IMG/VR virus record: IMGVR_UViG_3300023314_000003
Coordinates: 1 to 44,184 of that record
From: a virus
Taxonomy: Duplodnaviria; Caudoviricetes
Length of the DNA stretch: 44,184 nt
Reading direction: 5' to 3' (one strand)
The notes beneath the pieces are model-generated. The model saw only the letters and a list, made by a program, of their open reading frames with translations, was not told the DNA's origin and made no database searches. Positions within the stretch are counted from its first letter, which is position 1; each line of letters opens with the position of its first letter. This document shows positions 26,359 to 34,636 of the stretch, one piece after another. The position numbers and the translations under genes were made by a program.

Positions 26359-26619
26359 ATGCAAGGGGAAGAATCAAACGCCTTTAATACTTTCGTCTCG
26401 TGGTTAGATGAAAACTGGAAATATGTAGCAGGCTTTGGTTTGGCCTCACAGTTAGTTGACCAATTTTTCAAATGGTTAACTAAAAGATCAGAAGCCCGTA
26501 TTAAAGAGATTTACAAAGAGCAATATGACAACACTGTAAAGCCAGAAATATCTAAATTAACTCAAAGCATAGATGGATTAAAAGAAAGTATTTGGGAGCT
26601 GAAAAATCAAATTAAATGA
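26359..26619 (+). CDS. Membrane-associated coiled-coil protein (holin/antiholin-like)
   Basis: Amphipathic/hydrophobic N-terminal half and coiled-coil C-terminal half; the start may be 26338. Confidence 0.55.
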   Translation: MQGEESNAFNTFVSWLDENWKYVAGFGLASQLVDQFFKWLTKRSEARIKEIYKEQYDNTVKPEISKLTQSIDGLKESIWELKNQIK

Positions 26620-27029
26620 ACGGCATAAAAATAATAGTAAACGTGCTCGATGACGAAGAAGCTATATTAATTGGAGTTGAAGATATTTTATCTGATAATA
26701 CTGATTTGAAAATTGAATGCTTTAACAAGGTTGATACATTTTTTGAAAAAATAGATACTAATACTGACCTTGTAATAACCGACGTTAGATTAAATCAGGG
26801 CTATGACATTGAGGTTATAATTGAGCGCATAAACGTTAAAAACCCTAATTGTTACATTATTGTTATATCGGCTTACATGGATTTAAAATTAGCTGAACAT
26901 TTATCTATGTTAGGTATAAGGTGGGTTCAGAAAGATAATGTCGATTGGCTGGATAAACTTAAAAAAGTTGTAGATATTATTTACCCGTCGTTAAAGATAC
27001 GTGCCAAGAGTAAACACCTATTTAAATGA
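26616..27029 (+). CDS. Stand-alone response-regulator receiver (CheY-like) domain
   Basis: Conserved D12/D13 (LDDEE), phospho-acceptor D56 (VITDVRL), S85 (IVISAY) and K106; no output domain. Confidence 0.88.
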   Translation: MNGIKIIVNVLDDEEAILIGVEDILSDNTDLKIECFNKVDTFFEKIDTNTDLVITDVRLNQGYDIEVIIERINVKNPNCYIIVISAYMDLKLAEHLSMLGIRWVQKDNVDWLDKLKKVVDIIYPSLKIRAKSKHLFK

Positions 27030-27187
27030 AGCTGCAAGAATGGTTACCCGCTATTACCGTAGTTATATCTGCCGCTATATGGGTTATTAATCTTATGATT
27101 ACCAACCGATCATTAAAGGACAAGGTAGAGAGGTTAGAGCGCGATAATAGCGAATTGCACGAGTATGCTAAGAATAGTAAGCCGTAA
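27026..27187 (+). CDS. 53-aa single-TM plus coiled-coil protein (not in ORF track)
   Basis: MKLQEWLPAITVVISAAIWVINLMITNRSLKDKVERLERDNSELHEYAKNSKP; ATGA-coupled to the receiver gene. Confidence 0.7.
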   Translation: MKLQEWLPAITVVISAAIWVINLMITNRSLKDKVERLERDNSELHEYAKNSKP

Positions 27188-27203
27188 TTAATATGGTTTT
27201 TTA

Positions 27204-27227
27204 TTTGCAATTACTTTATTACCTTTG
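27204..27227 (+). promoter_or_regulatory. Promoter-like element ahead of the endolysin unit
   Basis: TACCTTTG at 27220-27227, 4 nt before ATG 27232; upstream TTTG at 27204 is closer than usual. Confidence 0.5.
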
Positions 27228-27231
27228 AGTT

Positions 27232-27321
27232 ATGAATTTTGACCCGGTAAAGACGCTCGTGTTTTGGTTTATAATTGTAATGTTTATTGGGTTTGCATTT
27301 ATAAGAGCCTGTAACGGATGA
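27232..27321 (+). CDS. 29-aa TM micropeptide
   Basis: MNFDPVKTLVFWFIIVMFIGFAFIRACNG; ATGA-coupled to the next ORF. Confidence 0.5.
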   Translation: MNFDPVKTLVFWFIIVMFIGFAFIRACNG

Positions 27322-27404
27322 GAACTAAACACCCCTACGCTTTGCCTGTGATAATTGGAGGGGTTCTTACCATTGTGGTAATTAATGTAACATTTGGATT
27401 ATGA
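27318..27404 (+). CDS. 28-aa TM micropeptide
   Basis: MRTKHPYALPVIIGGVLTIVVINVTFGL; ATGA-coupled to the endolysin. Confidence 0.5.
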   Translation: MRTKHPYALPVIIGGVLTIVVINVTFGL

Positions 27405-27973
27405 ATAAAAAACTTACCGATGCACAGATATTCCAGCTTGCTTGCGAGTTCGGATATGAATACCGGATGCTAAAGGCTATTATAAAGGTCGAGAGCGGCG
27501 GTGTAGGTTTTTCTGATACAACAGGTAAGATAATAATTCAGTTTGAGCCACACTGGTTTAAACGCCATAAAAAGGATTGGGCAAACGCTACTAAGCACCT
27601 TACATGGCAATCAAATAAAGTAGGCAATCAAACAGAGGAATGGAAAGCGTTTAATGATGCGTTTGCGGTAGATGCTAATGCCGCGATGAAAAGTACGTCA
27701 ATTGGCTTAATGCAGCTTATGGGGTTTCATTACATCATGGCCGGTTTTAAGACTGTTGGCGAAATGTGGGACGCGGCTAAAGAAAGCGAATATAACCAAG
27801 TACGAATGACGCTGGTTTGGATTGGTAAAAATCCTTCGCTTGTAAATGCTATTAAGAAACGAGACTTCCGCAAAATTGCTTATTACTATAACGGATCTGA
27901 ATACGAAAAGTATAATTATCATAACCGTTTATCTACGGCTTACAGTACATCAAAAGAATACGTACCTAATTAA
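27401..27973 (+). CDS. Endolysin, N-acetylmuramidase family (DUF3380-like)
   Basis: AIIKVESGG.GF, I.FEPHWF, STSIGLMQLMGF and YYNG..Y motifs. Confidence 0.92.
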   Translation: MNKKLTDAQIFQLACEFGYEYRMLKAIIKVESGGVGFSDTTGKIIIQFEPHWFKRHKKDWANATKHLTWQSNKVGNQTEEWKAFNDAFAVDANAAMKSTSIGLMQLMGFHYIMAGFKTVGEMWDAAKESEYNQVRMTLVWIGKNPSLVNAIKKRDFRKIAYYYNGSEYEKYNYHNRLSTAYSTSKEYVPN

Positions 27974-28035
27974 ATTATTATGACAGACTTAATCGTGAAA
28001 GATACGACACGAAACGTTTATAAATACTTATTACC

Positions 28036-28314
28036 ATGAAATCACTATCGGACAATATTAAGCCCTTATTAGCACTTATCTTAGTCGTGGGGTGTCTATC
28101 ATACCTTTTTATGATAACGTTCATTTATAGAGGGGATAGCAACGTTCTATCGCAAGCATTGATTGCTATTGTAACAGCGTTAAGTACTGCCACTGGATAT
28201 TACTTTGGATATTCGCAGGGGGCGGCTAAAAAAGACGAAGTTATTGCATCGCAAACCGTCGCCGCAACTCCTACGGCTACTACAGAAAGCGGTGACATTA
28301 CAGTTCAAAAATAA
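28036..28314 (+). CDS. Holin-like 2-TM protein
   Basis: Two TM helices followed by GYYFG.S.G..KKD; follows the endolysin. Confidence 0.75.
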   Translation: MKSLSDNIKPLLALILVVGCLSYLFMITFIYRGDSNVLSQALIAIVTALSTATGYYFGYSQGAAKKDEVIASQTVAATPTATTESGDITVQK

Positions 28315-28340
28315 ATCCCCGGCGATTTGTCAGGGATTTA
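28312..28340. terminator. Bidirectional terminator-like hairpin
   Basis: TAAATCCC...GGGATTTA between convergent operons. Confidence 0.6.
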
Positions 28341-28344
28341 TAGG

Positions 28345-28545
28345 TTAAATTCTACCTATTCGTTTCAAATCCTCAAATGCTGCCATATATCCCCCTAAAA
28401 AGAATTCACTACCGAGGTCTTTGAATTTGCTATCAGCTAATAAATCGGCTATCTTCATGGAATTTTTATGCCTGAATGCCGCTTCGCTGTTTTTCATATG
28501 GTTGCGAAAATCTACGAATAGTTTTTCCATTTCTTCGTTCTCCAT
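28345..28545 (-). CDS. Hypothetical protein
   Basis: 66 aa. Confidence 0.5.
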   Translation of the reverse strand: MENEEMEKLFVDFRNHMKNSEAAFRHKNSMKIADLLADSKFKDLGSEFFLGGYMAAFEDLKRIGRI

Positions 28546-28548
28546 AAC

Positions 28549-28935
28549 CTAGTCCATTACAAGGTTTTCATAAGCCGCTAAAACAATTAAGATTACTTCT
28601 TTCCATTTAGGTGGTAAAACCCCCGCTAATGCTTTAGCTACATAGTAAATTCCCTGCGCTATGCTTTGCCAAAGCGTATTCCAATCAATGGGGCTGGCGG
28701 CTTTTTTAGCGTATGATTGTATGTAGCCAATCACATCGTTTATATCTGTGTATGCTATGCCGAGACTGTTTGCCATTGAGCGCAGATATTCGATGGTTAA
28801 ATCAATATCGTTTGCTAATTCAGGTATTTTATCCAGTATGTTTTTTATTACATCTTGTGCGGAAGCATCAAGGTTTGTTTTAATCACCTGCGTGATCTTA
28901 ACAGCTATATCCGCTAATACTTTGTCGTCTTTCAT
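28549..28935 (-). CDS. Hypothetical helical protein with amphipathic C-terminus
   Basis: 128 aa, ATGA-coupled to the micropeptide chain. Confidence 0.6.
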   Translation of the reverse strand: MKDDKVLADIAVKITQVIKTNLDASAQDVIKNILDKIPELANDIDLTIEYLRSMANSLGIAYTDINDVIGYIQSYAKKAASPIDWNTLWQSIAQGIYYVAKALAGVLPPKWKEVILIVLAAYENLVMD

Positions 28936-29033
28936 ATCAAATGTGTGTTAAATTGTTTATTAAAATAAATCACAACTGCTATGCAAAATATCATTAGCAG
29001 TGTGAAGTAAAGGTATGTTTTAAATGTGTTCAT
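28932..29033 (-). CDS. 33-aa TM micropeptide
   Basis: MNTFKTYLYFTLLMIFCIAVVIYFNKQFNTHLI; ATGA overlaps at both ends. Confidence 0.55.
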   Translation of the reverse strand: MNTFKTYLYFTLLMIFCIAVVIYFNKQFNTHLI

Positions 29034-29128
29034 TGTCCGTTATGAAACCGCCGCCTATCTAATAAACATACGATAAACAACACAGGGAATGCTATTAAGG
29101 ATGTTATCAGGTAAGAGAATAGTTTCAT
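29030..29128 (-). CDS. 32-aa TM micropeptide
   Basis: MKLFSYLITSLIAFPVLFIVCLLDRRRFHNGQ. Confidence 0.55.
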   Translation of the reverse strand: MKLFSYLITSLIAFPVLFIVCLLDRRRFHNGQ

Positions 29129-29134
29129 TTACTT

Positions 29135-29251
29135 TTAATTTGCGCAACAACAATGCCGCTCAGTATGAGAAGCAAGGTACTTGCTTTGAATAGGTCGAAA
29201 TAATATTGCACAGGCTAATATAATTAATAATATCATAGCGTATAATTTCAC
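29135..29251 (-). CDS. 38-aa TM micropeptide with Cys-rich tail
   Basis: GTG start overlapping the upstream TGA; MKLYAMILLIILACAILFRPIQSKYLASHTERHCCCAN. Confidence 0.45.
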   Translation of the reverse strand: MKLYAMILLIILACAILFRPIQSKYLASHTERHCCCAN

Positions 29252-29415
29252 CTTTCGCCTCGCTTCTTGATTGACAGTGTTAAGATACACAATATCAGCA
29301 AACCTGCTGCAATGTGGTAAAGGCTATCGTAAAGCAGAAAGTTAACTAAGGCATAAGCAACCCCGATTAGGGTTGCTATTAAATGCGCGGGGCCGTTTAC
29401 TCGTGGGTTTCTCAT
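29248..29415 (-). CDS. 55-aa 2-TM protein
   Basis: MRNPRVNGPAHLIATLIGVAYALVNFLLYDSLYHIAAGLLILCILTLSIKKRGER; ATGA-coupled. Confidence 0.55.
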   Translation of the reverse strand: MRNPRVNGPAHLIATLIGVAYALVNFLLYDSLYHIAAGLLILCILTLSIKKRGER

Positions 29416-29684
29416 TTCTTAACTTTAGTTGTGTCAACCGGAATCAACTGTTTGTTTAAAGCCTCGTATATAGGGCTAAATGACAGCGCAAACCATTTAC
29501 TATAGCTTTTGCTGTCTAAACTATTGGCGGTGTTTGTAATGGCGCTATCGAGCCTTAAAAACTGTTGTTGGGTTAATGTTACCGTTACCGTTTTAGGCAT
29601 CGTGAATTTAGGCTCTGTTTTTGTTTGAGCGAAAGAGGCTGTAGTAAGGAATAATGCTGTTAGTGTAATTAGAGTTTTTTTCAT
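29412..29684 (-). CDS. Secreted protein (signal peptide, Gln at +1)
   Basis: MKKTLITLTALFLTTASFA|Q. Confidence 0.7.
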   Translation of the reverse strand: MKKTLITLTALFLTTASFAQTKTEPKFTMPKTVTVTLTQQQFLRLDSAITNTANSLDSKSYSKWFALSFSPIYEALNKQLIPVDTTKVKK

Positions 29685-29938
29685 GGTTTTATTTTTGAAT
29701 GATTAATTATAGGGTTAAAGTAAATGTTGCGTGTTAATTTTCTATAGACTATGCAGCCTCCGCTTATCATTTCTTCGCCTGTATTGCCTTTTTCATATGT
29801 GGCGTTTGGAACTACTTCTAATAAAACGGTGTCAATAATAAGCGGCTTGGTCTGGCATGTTTTAACAATTGGCTTTTCGGATTCTTCACACCCCACAACC
29901 ATAAGGCATAGTAGGGTTAGGTAAATTGGGTTTTTCAT
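29681..29938 (-). CDS. Putative lipoprotein
   Basis: MKNPIYLTLLCLMVVG|C lipobox-like. Confidence 0.6.
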   Translation of the reverse strand: MKNPIYLTLLCLMVVGCEESEKPIVKTCQTKPLIIDTVLLEVVPNATYEKGNTGEEMISGGCIVYRKLTRNIYFNPIINHSKIKP

Positions 29939-30348
29939 TTGAAGTCGTTTAATGTTTGAGCGTCTTTATTTTTACCGTCGATATAGCTTTTTAAAACAGC
30001 TTTTGCATTTGCGCTATCTAAAAACAAATCGTAGGCTATCTCTTTATAATATGGTTCAATTCCATACTTGCCGTGATAAAGATACTGCCCTGAATCATAT
30101 CCTTTAATAACTTTTATAGCGTAGTATTTCCCGTTTGATACTATTTGGTAATTGGGCGGAACTTTATAAGAATTTTGCTTTCCATATAACTGATTAAAGT
30201 ATCTATTGTGAAATGCCATTGAGTCTAAGCCGTAGCAAAATACAAATAAGGCAAAACTTATTAGTAGTCCCAAAAACAATCTCGGTAGAAAGCCTATAGG
30301 CTTATCTTCCTCATTTTCTTCTGTAAGTTCTAATTTTTTAGTTTCCAT
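29935..30348 (-). CDS. Single-TM membrane protein
   Basis: FLPRLFLGLLISFALFVFCYGL segment. Confidence 0.6.
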   Translation of the reverse strand: METKKLELTEENEEDKPIGFLPRLFLGLLISFALFVFCYGLDSMAFHNRYFNQLYGKQNSYKVPPNYQIVSNGKYYAIKVIKGYDSGQYLYHGKYGIEPYYKEIAYDLFLDSANAKAVLKSYIDGKNKDAQTLNDFK

Positions 30349-30408
30349 ATAATTATTTTTAAGTGTTTTTTCTTTCCCCCACCCTAATAAAGACAGGGTG
30401 AGAGGGGG

Positions 30409-30603
30409 TTAAAGTTCTGTTGTTTTAATCGGCATACAGTATTTATCACATGTACTTGATGTATGTGTTAAAAAATCTCCCAAAGTACATTCATGCGCTC
30501 TGCCTGTATGCTTGTAATACTTGCAATTTTTACATATAGGTATATTTGGGCTTTTTACCCATCCCTGCTTAATTCTTTCATCATATTTTCCTACATAATT
30601 CAT
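30409..30603 (-). CDS. Small Cys-rich protein
   Basis: CKNCKY...C...C pattern. Confidence 0.55.
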   Translation of the reverse strand: MNYVGKYDERIKQGWVKSPNIPICKNCKYYKHTGRAHECTLGDFLTHTSSTCDKYCMPIKTTEL

Positions 30604-30648
30604 TTGCTAATTTTTGTCTTTTACCCACCTATATATGGCGGTGGTTAG

Positions 30649-30813
30649 TTATTTGGCTTCTTCTGCAAGTTTAAGTTTAGCAAACTTTCTCATAGCCCGA
30701 AGTGCTGTATCAATGCTTACTGTGTAGTACTGTCTGTCTTGCTTATTATAGTCACGAATAATTTCGCCCTTAACAAATTCTGTAAGGACGGATTCTGCGG
30801 TTACTTTTTTCAT
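30649..30813 (-). CDS. Hypothetical 54-aa protein (not in ORF track)
   Basis: MKKVTAESVLTEFVKG...; ATGA-coupled. Confidence 0.5.
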   Translation of the reverse strand: MKKVTAESVLTEFVKGEIIRDYNKQDRQYYTVSIDTALRAMRKFAKLKLAEEAK

Positions 30814-31202
30814 TTATTCTTGATTATGTTGTTAACTATTTCGGGGGTAACTTTCTTAATGTAGCGAGGGTTCAACATTTCCACATACTCCAACGTCTGC
30901 CTAACTATATCAGCTATAAAGGCGGGGTCGGATTGTTGCGGTAACCTACTGAATATCCATTCGACATTATTGAAGTCTGTACGGGTTTCAATAACGGTAG
31001 CAACCGTTCTATCGTCAATCTTTAATATACTCAATCGGTCATCTGTTTGGTTATAGGTTTTGACTTCGCAAAAGGGATTGCCTTTATAATCTGCTGCTAC
31101 CTTTATGAAAAATTCGCTTACACGGTCTTTCATATCTTCAACCTGTGTGCGTACCCTATCGACAATAGTCATTTCCTCTACTGTTTTTTCTTGTTCGTTC
31201 AT
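30810..31202 (-). CDS. Hypothetical protein
   Basis: Start re-assigned to MNEQEK (ATGA overlap). Confidence 0.55.
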   Translation of the reverse strand: MNEQEKTVEEMTIVDRVRTQVEDMKDRVSEFFIKVAADYKGNPFCEVKTYNQTDDRLSILKIDDRTVATVIETRTDFNNVEWIFSRLPQQSDPAFIADIVRQTLEYVEMLNPRYIKKVTPEIVNNIIKNK

Positions 31203-31399
31203 TGTGACCTCCATTCTAAAATTGCCATTATGATTTTGTAAGGTTTTATCTTATTCTGCTCGGGAACATTTTCCATAAGGGCGTGAACGTAGTAGGGCCT
31301 TTTACAAGTGAGTGCAGCCCAAACTGAAAACGGCAACAATAGCCACTCTTTAACCACGAATAATTCCCAGGATTTTCGTTTATTATTTTCTTGGCTCAT
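31199..31399 (-). CDS. Hypothetical protein, paralog of 16583..16774
   Basis: 47/58 aa identity; start uncertain. Confidence 0.7.
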   Translation of the reverse strand: MSQENNKRKSWELFVVKEWLLLPFSVWAALTCKRPYYVHALMENVPEQNKIKPYKIIMAILEWRSQ

Positions 31400-31421
31400 T
31401 TGCGTAGGGGCTTTTATTGGG

Positions 31422-31640
31422 TTAGTCATGGTCTTTTGGATTGTATATGTCATAAACCTTTATGTGATTATTGTATCGGCAATTACGGCACGTTTCAATG
31501 ATTACTTTATTTTGTATCAAATCTTCTTCCTCGGATAAAGACGATGTGTTTTCATAATCGCAAGACAGACAATTCCAATTAAAGTTAATCATGGTAACTA
31601 TGTGGTTTGGTTGCCGCCCTACTACTTTTGCAGTTTTCAT
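31422..31640 (-). CDS. Zinc-ribbon protein
   Basis: CLSC...CRNC. Confidence 0.55.
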   Translation of the reverse strand: MKTAKVVGRQPNHIVTMINFNWNCLSCDYENTSSLSEEEDLIQNKVIIETCRNCRYNNHIKVYDIYNPKDHD

Positions 31641-31749
31641 CTTTTCTAATCTTTTACACCCCTGATGGGATTAAATTATCCTAATTATCCCTATAATAAA
31701 ATAAATCGCTATCAATACTGGCACGATCATAAATAGGCGGTTGAGTTGG

Positions 31750-31971
31750 TTAGTTGTCATTTGATGCGGGTTGAATGCGTTTAGCGGTTACAAAATTAGC
31801 GACCATATCGGAGTACTGAATGCGCAAGGTGGGGTCGATTTTCTTAGCCTTGCTAACATATGTTTTAAATGTTCCTAAAACCATTCCGTGTACTTCCCTT
31901 GTTTCGCCTATAGCCATAGAGGCTATTTCTTTAGGGGTAATTCTTTTTGTTGGTATTTCTCTTTTAGCCAT
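31750..31971 (-). CDS. Small basic putative DNA-binding protein
   Basis: 73 aa, Lys/Arg-rich. Confidence 0.5.
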   Translation of the reverse strand: MAKREIPTKRITPKEIASMAIGETREVHGMVLGTFKTYVSKAKKIDPTLRIQYSDMVANFVTAKRIQPASNDN

Positions 31972-32062
31972 AATATTAATGTTGTTTACTGCCGAATCCG
32001 CAAGCCTTGTGAGCGTTGCGGTGGCAGATCCTGAAATGTTATCAAGGCAAATCAGAGTGTTT

Positions 32063-32416
32063 TTATAGCAAAGCGTTAGTCGCTTTTAAAAAAGCTTTTT
32101 CTCCATTTTCAGGACTTAGTAAAGCGTATTTTTTAAGCGGGTTGATAGCATCTTGCAATGCTTCTTTATATTTATTGGTAATTTCAGTAGGTTGAAAAGC
32201 TAAAGGGTCAATAAATGGTTCAAAGGAAAGTATTTCTAAAATATTCCATCCAGTAGGGCTTTCATGCATCTTACATTCGGCGTCATAATGATTTCCGTAG
32301 CTATCAATTCCTGTTAATGTGCCATAATACTCTTGAATATCATCCGCCCATACGGGGTTGTTAGCTTTATCACCAACAACATTAACACTCCATTTTATTT
32401 CAATATCTGTTTTCAT
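32063..32416 (-). CDS. Hypothetical protein
   Basis: 117 aa. Confidence 0.55.
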   Translation of the reverse strand: MKTDIEIKWSVNVVGDKANNPVWADDIQEYYGTLTGIDSYGNHYDAECKMHESPTGWNILEILSFEPFIDPLAFQPTEITNKYKEALQDAINPLKKYALLSPENGEKAFLKATNALL

Positions 32417-32438
32417 ATTATATATAATTTAATCTTTA

Positions 32439-32660
32439 TTAATCATTCCAAGATGGCGACATGCAGTCTCTTGCACGGCTATGTGGTTCTATATATTGTG
32501 TATTTATCCCTAAATATTCAGCAGCATCAAAGCAAATCCACTTACAACGCTCATATTCCGAAATATCTCCTGATTGTGATTCTCTTGCTCCCATTCTTAG
32601 TATTCTACCAAAAGCTAATTCAAATGCAGATTGAGCTTCTTGTGCTGTATCGAATTTCAT
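32439..32660 (-). CDS. Hypothetical protein, first gene of the leftward early operon
   Basis: Start re-assigned to MKFDTAQ, downstream of the promoter. Confidence 0.55.
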   Translation of the reverse strand: MKFDTAQEAQSAFELAFGRILRMGARESQSGDISEYERCKWICFDAAEYLGINTQYIEPHSRARDCMSPSWND

Positions 32661-32694
32661 AATAACGTTTTTTAATTTGCCTTGATTGACACTA

Positions 32695-32787
32695 CAAACA
32701 TACAACTAATATTTACATTTGCAAAAATTATTTTAAAATTTATTTTTTATTTTTATTTGCAATTACCAACCCCACCCCCTATATTTG
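32695..32787. promoter_or_regulatory. Divergent early promoters
   Basis: Minus strand: TTTG (about 32725) and GTTGTATGTTTG (32706-32695). Plus strand: TTTG (32756) and TATATTTG (32780-32787). AT-rich spacer between them. Confidence 0.75.
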
Positions 32788-32813
32788 TACCGAACTAAAA
32801 GGAAAAGAGAAAA

Positions 32814-33062
32814 ATGAAAAAGATATTTGTAAGCGTAGCGGAACTACAGGAAAATAACAAAGGCGGCTATTTATCAGCTCTACATAATAGAGATGTATAT
32901 ATAAGCAGATTTGGCGGCGATTTGGAATTTACCGGTAAGTTTATGTCAATGGATGGCGATACTGTTACCTATGATAATTGGGATACGCACTCAACTGAAT
33001 ATTTAACGGCCGATAAGAATCACATTTTTATTGAGATTGAAACAACCCCTATTTGGCTTTAA
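32814..33062 (+). CDS. Hypothetical protein
   Basis: 82 aa, first rightward early gene. Confidence 0.6.
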   Translation: MKKIFVSVAELQENNKGGYLSALHNRDVYISRFGGDLEFTGKFMSMDGDTVTYDNWDTHSTEYLTADKNHIFIEIETTPIWL

Positions 33063-33101
33063 CTAACCCCCACCCTTTCCAAACATTAAACACAGGAAGA
33101 T

Positions 33102-33359
33102 ATGAAAAAGATATACCTACTTACACTCGACGACGAAGATGGTTCACATATCGGCATGGTTGCGCTTGTTGATAATAATAAGTCCGATGTCATTAAGGGC
33201 ATAAATCATATAATGGCTAACGGTGGCGAATATTACGAAAGTTACCACCGTGACGAAAAATTAGACGGTTCGGATAATAATATTCAGGGCGGCTCTTATA
33301 TGGATACTGTTAGGTGGTCTACCACTTATTTATCTGTTGACGAAATAAAAGTCATTTAA
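33102..33359 (+). CDS. Hypothetical acidic protein
   Basis: 85 aa. Confidence 0.6.
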   Translation: MKKIYLLTLDDEDGSHIGMVALVDNNKSDVIKGINHIMANGGEYYESYHRDEKLDGSDNNIQGGSYMDTVRWSTTYLSVDEIKVI

Positions 33360-33386
33360 CCCACCCCCACTACAACACTTAGCGAT

Positions 33387-33818
33387 ATGAAAAGGGAAAT
33401 AAAAATAACTGAATTGGCGGCATACTTGCCATACGCCACTCAGATAATAAGCGATTACGATAGGGCAACAACGGTTTTAGACGGTAAAATGTTAACCGAA
33501 AAGCACTATAATAAGTACTTTAATGTTTTAGGTTACAAGCCTATATTAAGGCCGTTAAAAGAAGCTATCGTCCCGTATGATTTAATTCAAACTGGGACAG
33601 ACGGATATAAAGAACCTAATGATTTATTAGTCGATGAGAATGGCATGGTTGCTATGGATTTTCAAGCAGGTGGAGCAACAATATCATGGCCTATATATAA
33701 TATGCAATTATTTATGCAAGAATTGTTTGAGCAGCATTTTGACGTTTACGGCCTGATTGATGCAGGATTAGCCATTGACGTTAACACTTTAACCCCCACT
33801 TCAAACGACAGTATTTAA
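33387..33818 (+). CDS. Hypothetical phage protein
   Basis: LAAYLPY, KPILRPL and HFDVYGLI..GLAID motifs. Confidence 0.65.
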   Translation: MKREIKITELAAYLPYATQIISDYDRATTVLDGKMLTEKHYNKYFNVLGYKPILRPLKEAIVPYDLIQTGTDGYKEPNDLLVDENGMVAMDFQAGGATISWPIYNMQLFMQELFEQHFDVYGLIDAGLAIDVNTLTPTSNDSI

Positions 33819-33832
33819 GGAGAAAAGGAAAG

Positions 33833-34072
33833 ATGAAAGGATTAAAACACGGAATTTACGAGATATATTGGCAATCGGGCGGCAGTTCATTAGCGGCTGT
33901 TGGATTTGATAGAGAAGGTAATAATTGGATGGCTCCCGTAAATTGGACAAGCGGAGTAACAATAGACTGGGATGGCGTTTCTGCCTATAAACTATTGATA
34001 GAAAATGACTATAGCGTCAAAACTAAGGGTATCAAATCAGTACACCCAAAAGTTAAACTAACAACTAAATAA
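33833..34072 (+). CDS. Hypothetical protein
   Basis: GIYEIYW.SGGSSLAAVG...W.AP.NW. Confidence 0.6.
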   Translation: MKGLKHGIYEIYWQSGGSSLAAVGFDREGNNWMAPVNWTSGVTIDWDGVSAYKLLIENDYSVKTKGIKSVHPKVKLTTK

Positions 34073-34078
34073 ATTAAT

Positions 34079-34636
34079 ATGGAAAAACAGAAAAGCACTG
34101 TGCCAATGAAGTCGGCAAACAAAGTGCAGATTGCAACCCTCACAAAGGACTTAGGACTGGCAGTACAGATTGATAATCTCAATACACTGCTTAACACACA
34201 ACCGCCTAAAACATGGTTTAAAAACCATAAAGGCAATGACTACCTGCCAATTGACAGAGTAAAGAATAACCTTATTACTATCTTTCAGGATTACGATTGG
34301 GAGATACAAAGCATTCAGGTTATCGCTAACTCAATTACAGTAGTCGGAAACCTATTTGTTATCAACCCGATAACAGGGCGCACCCGCAAGCTTGCGGGAG
34401 TTGGCGCATGGCCTATTCAATTAAAGTCGGGTAGTGCACCAACTGATTTTAATAACATTATTCAGGATGCTATCCAAAAGAACGCACCAGCAGCCGAAAG
34501 TTTGGCATTAAAAAATGCTGCCTCTAAATTAGGTAAGTTGTTTGGCGGTGGTAGTGATGATGTGGAGTTTGCGCCTGCTTACTCAAAAGAAGTCCCTTTA
34601 GACGAAATTAAATCTGCGATGCATGGAAACGATTAA
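34079..34636 (+). CDS. Single-strand annealing protein, Sak/Rad52-like
   Basis: YL....V...L..IF..W and A.S.ALKNAA..LG..FG motifs; adjacent to the exonuclease. Confidence 0.7.
   Translation: MEKQKSTVPMKSANKVQIATLTKDLGLAVQIDNLNTLLNTQPPKTWFKNHKGNDYLPIDRVKNNLITIFQDYDWEIQSIQVIANSITVVGNLFVINPITGRTRKLAGVGAWPIQLKSGSAPTDFNNIIQDAIQKNAPAAESLALKNAASKLGKLFGGGSDDVEFAPAYSKEVPLDEIKSAMHGND

Noticed and set aside
25850-27029. Canonical agr or arbitrium system
   Set aside because: No histidine kinase, LytTR output domain, TPR receptor or signal-peptide-bearing propeptide; only an architectural analogy remains.
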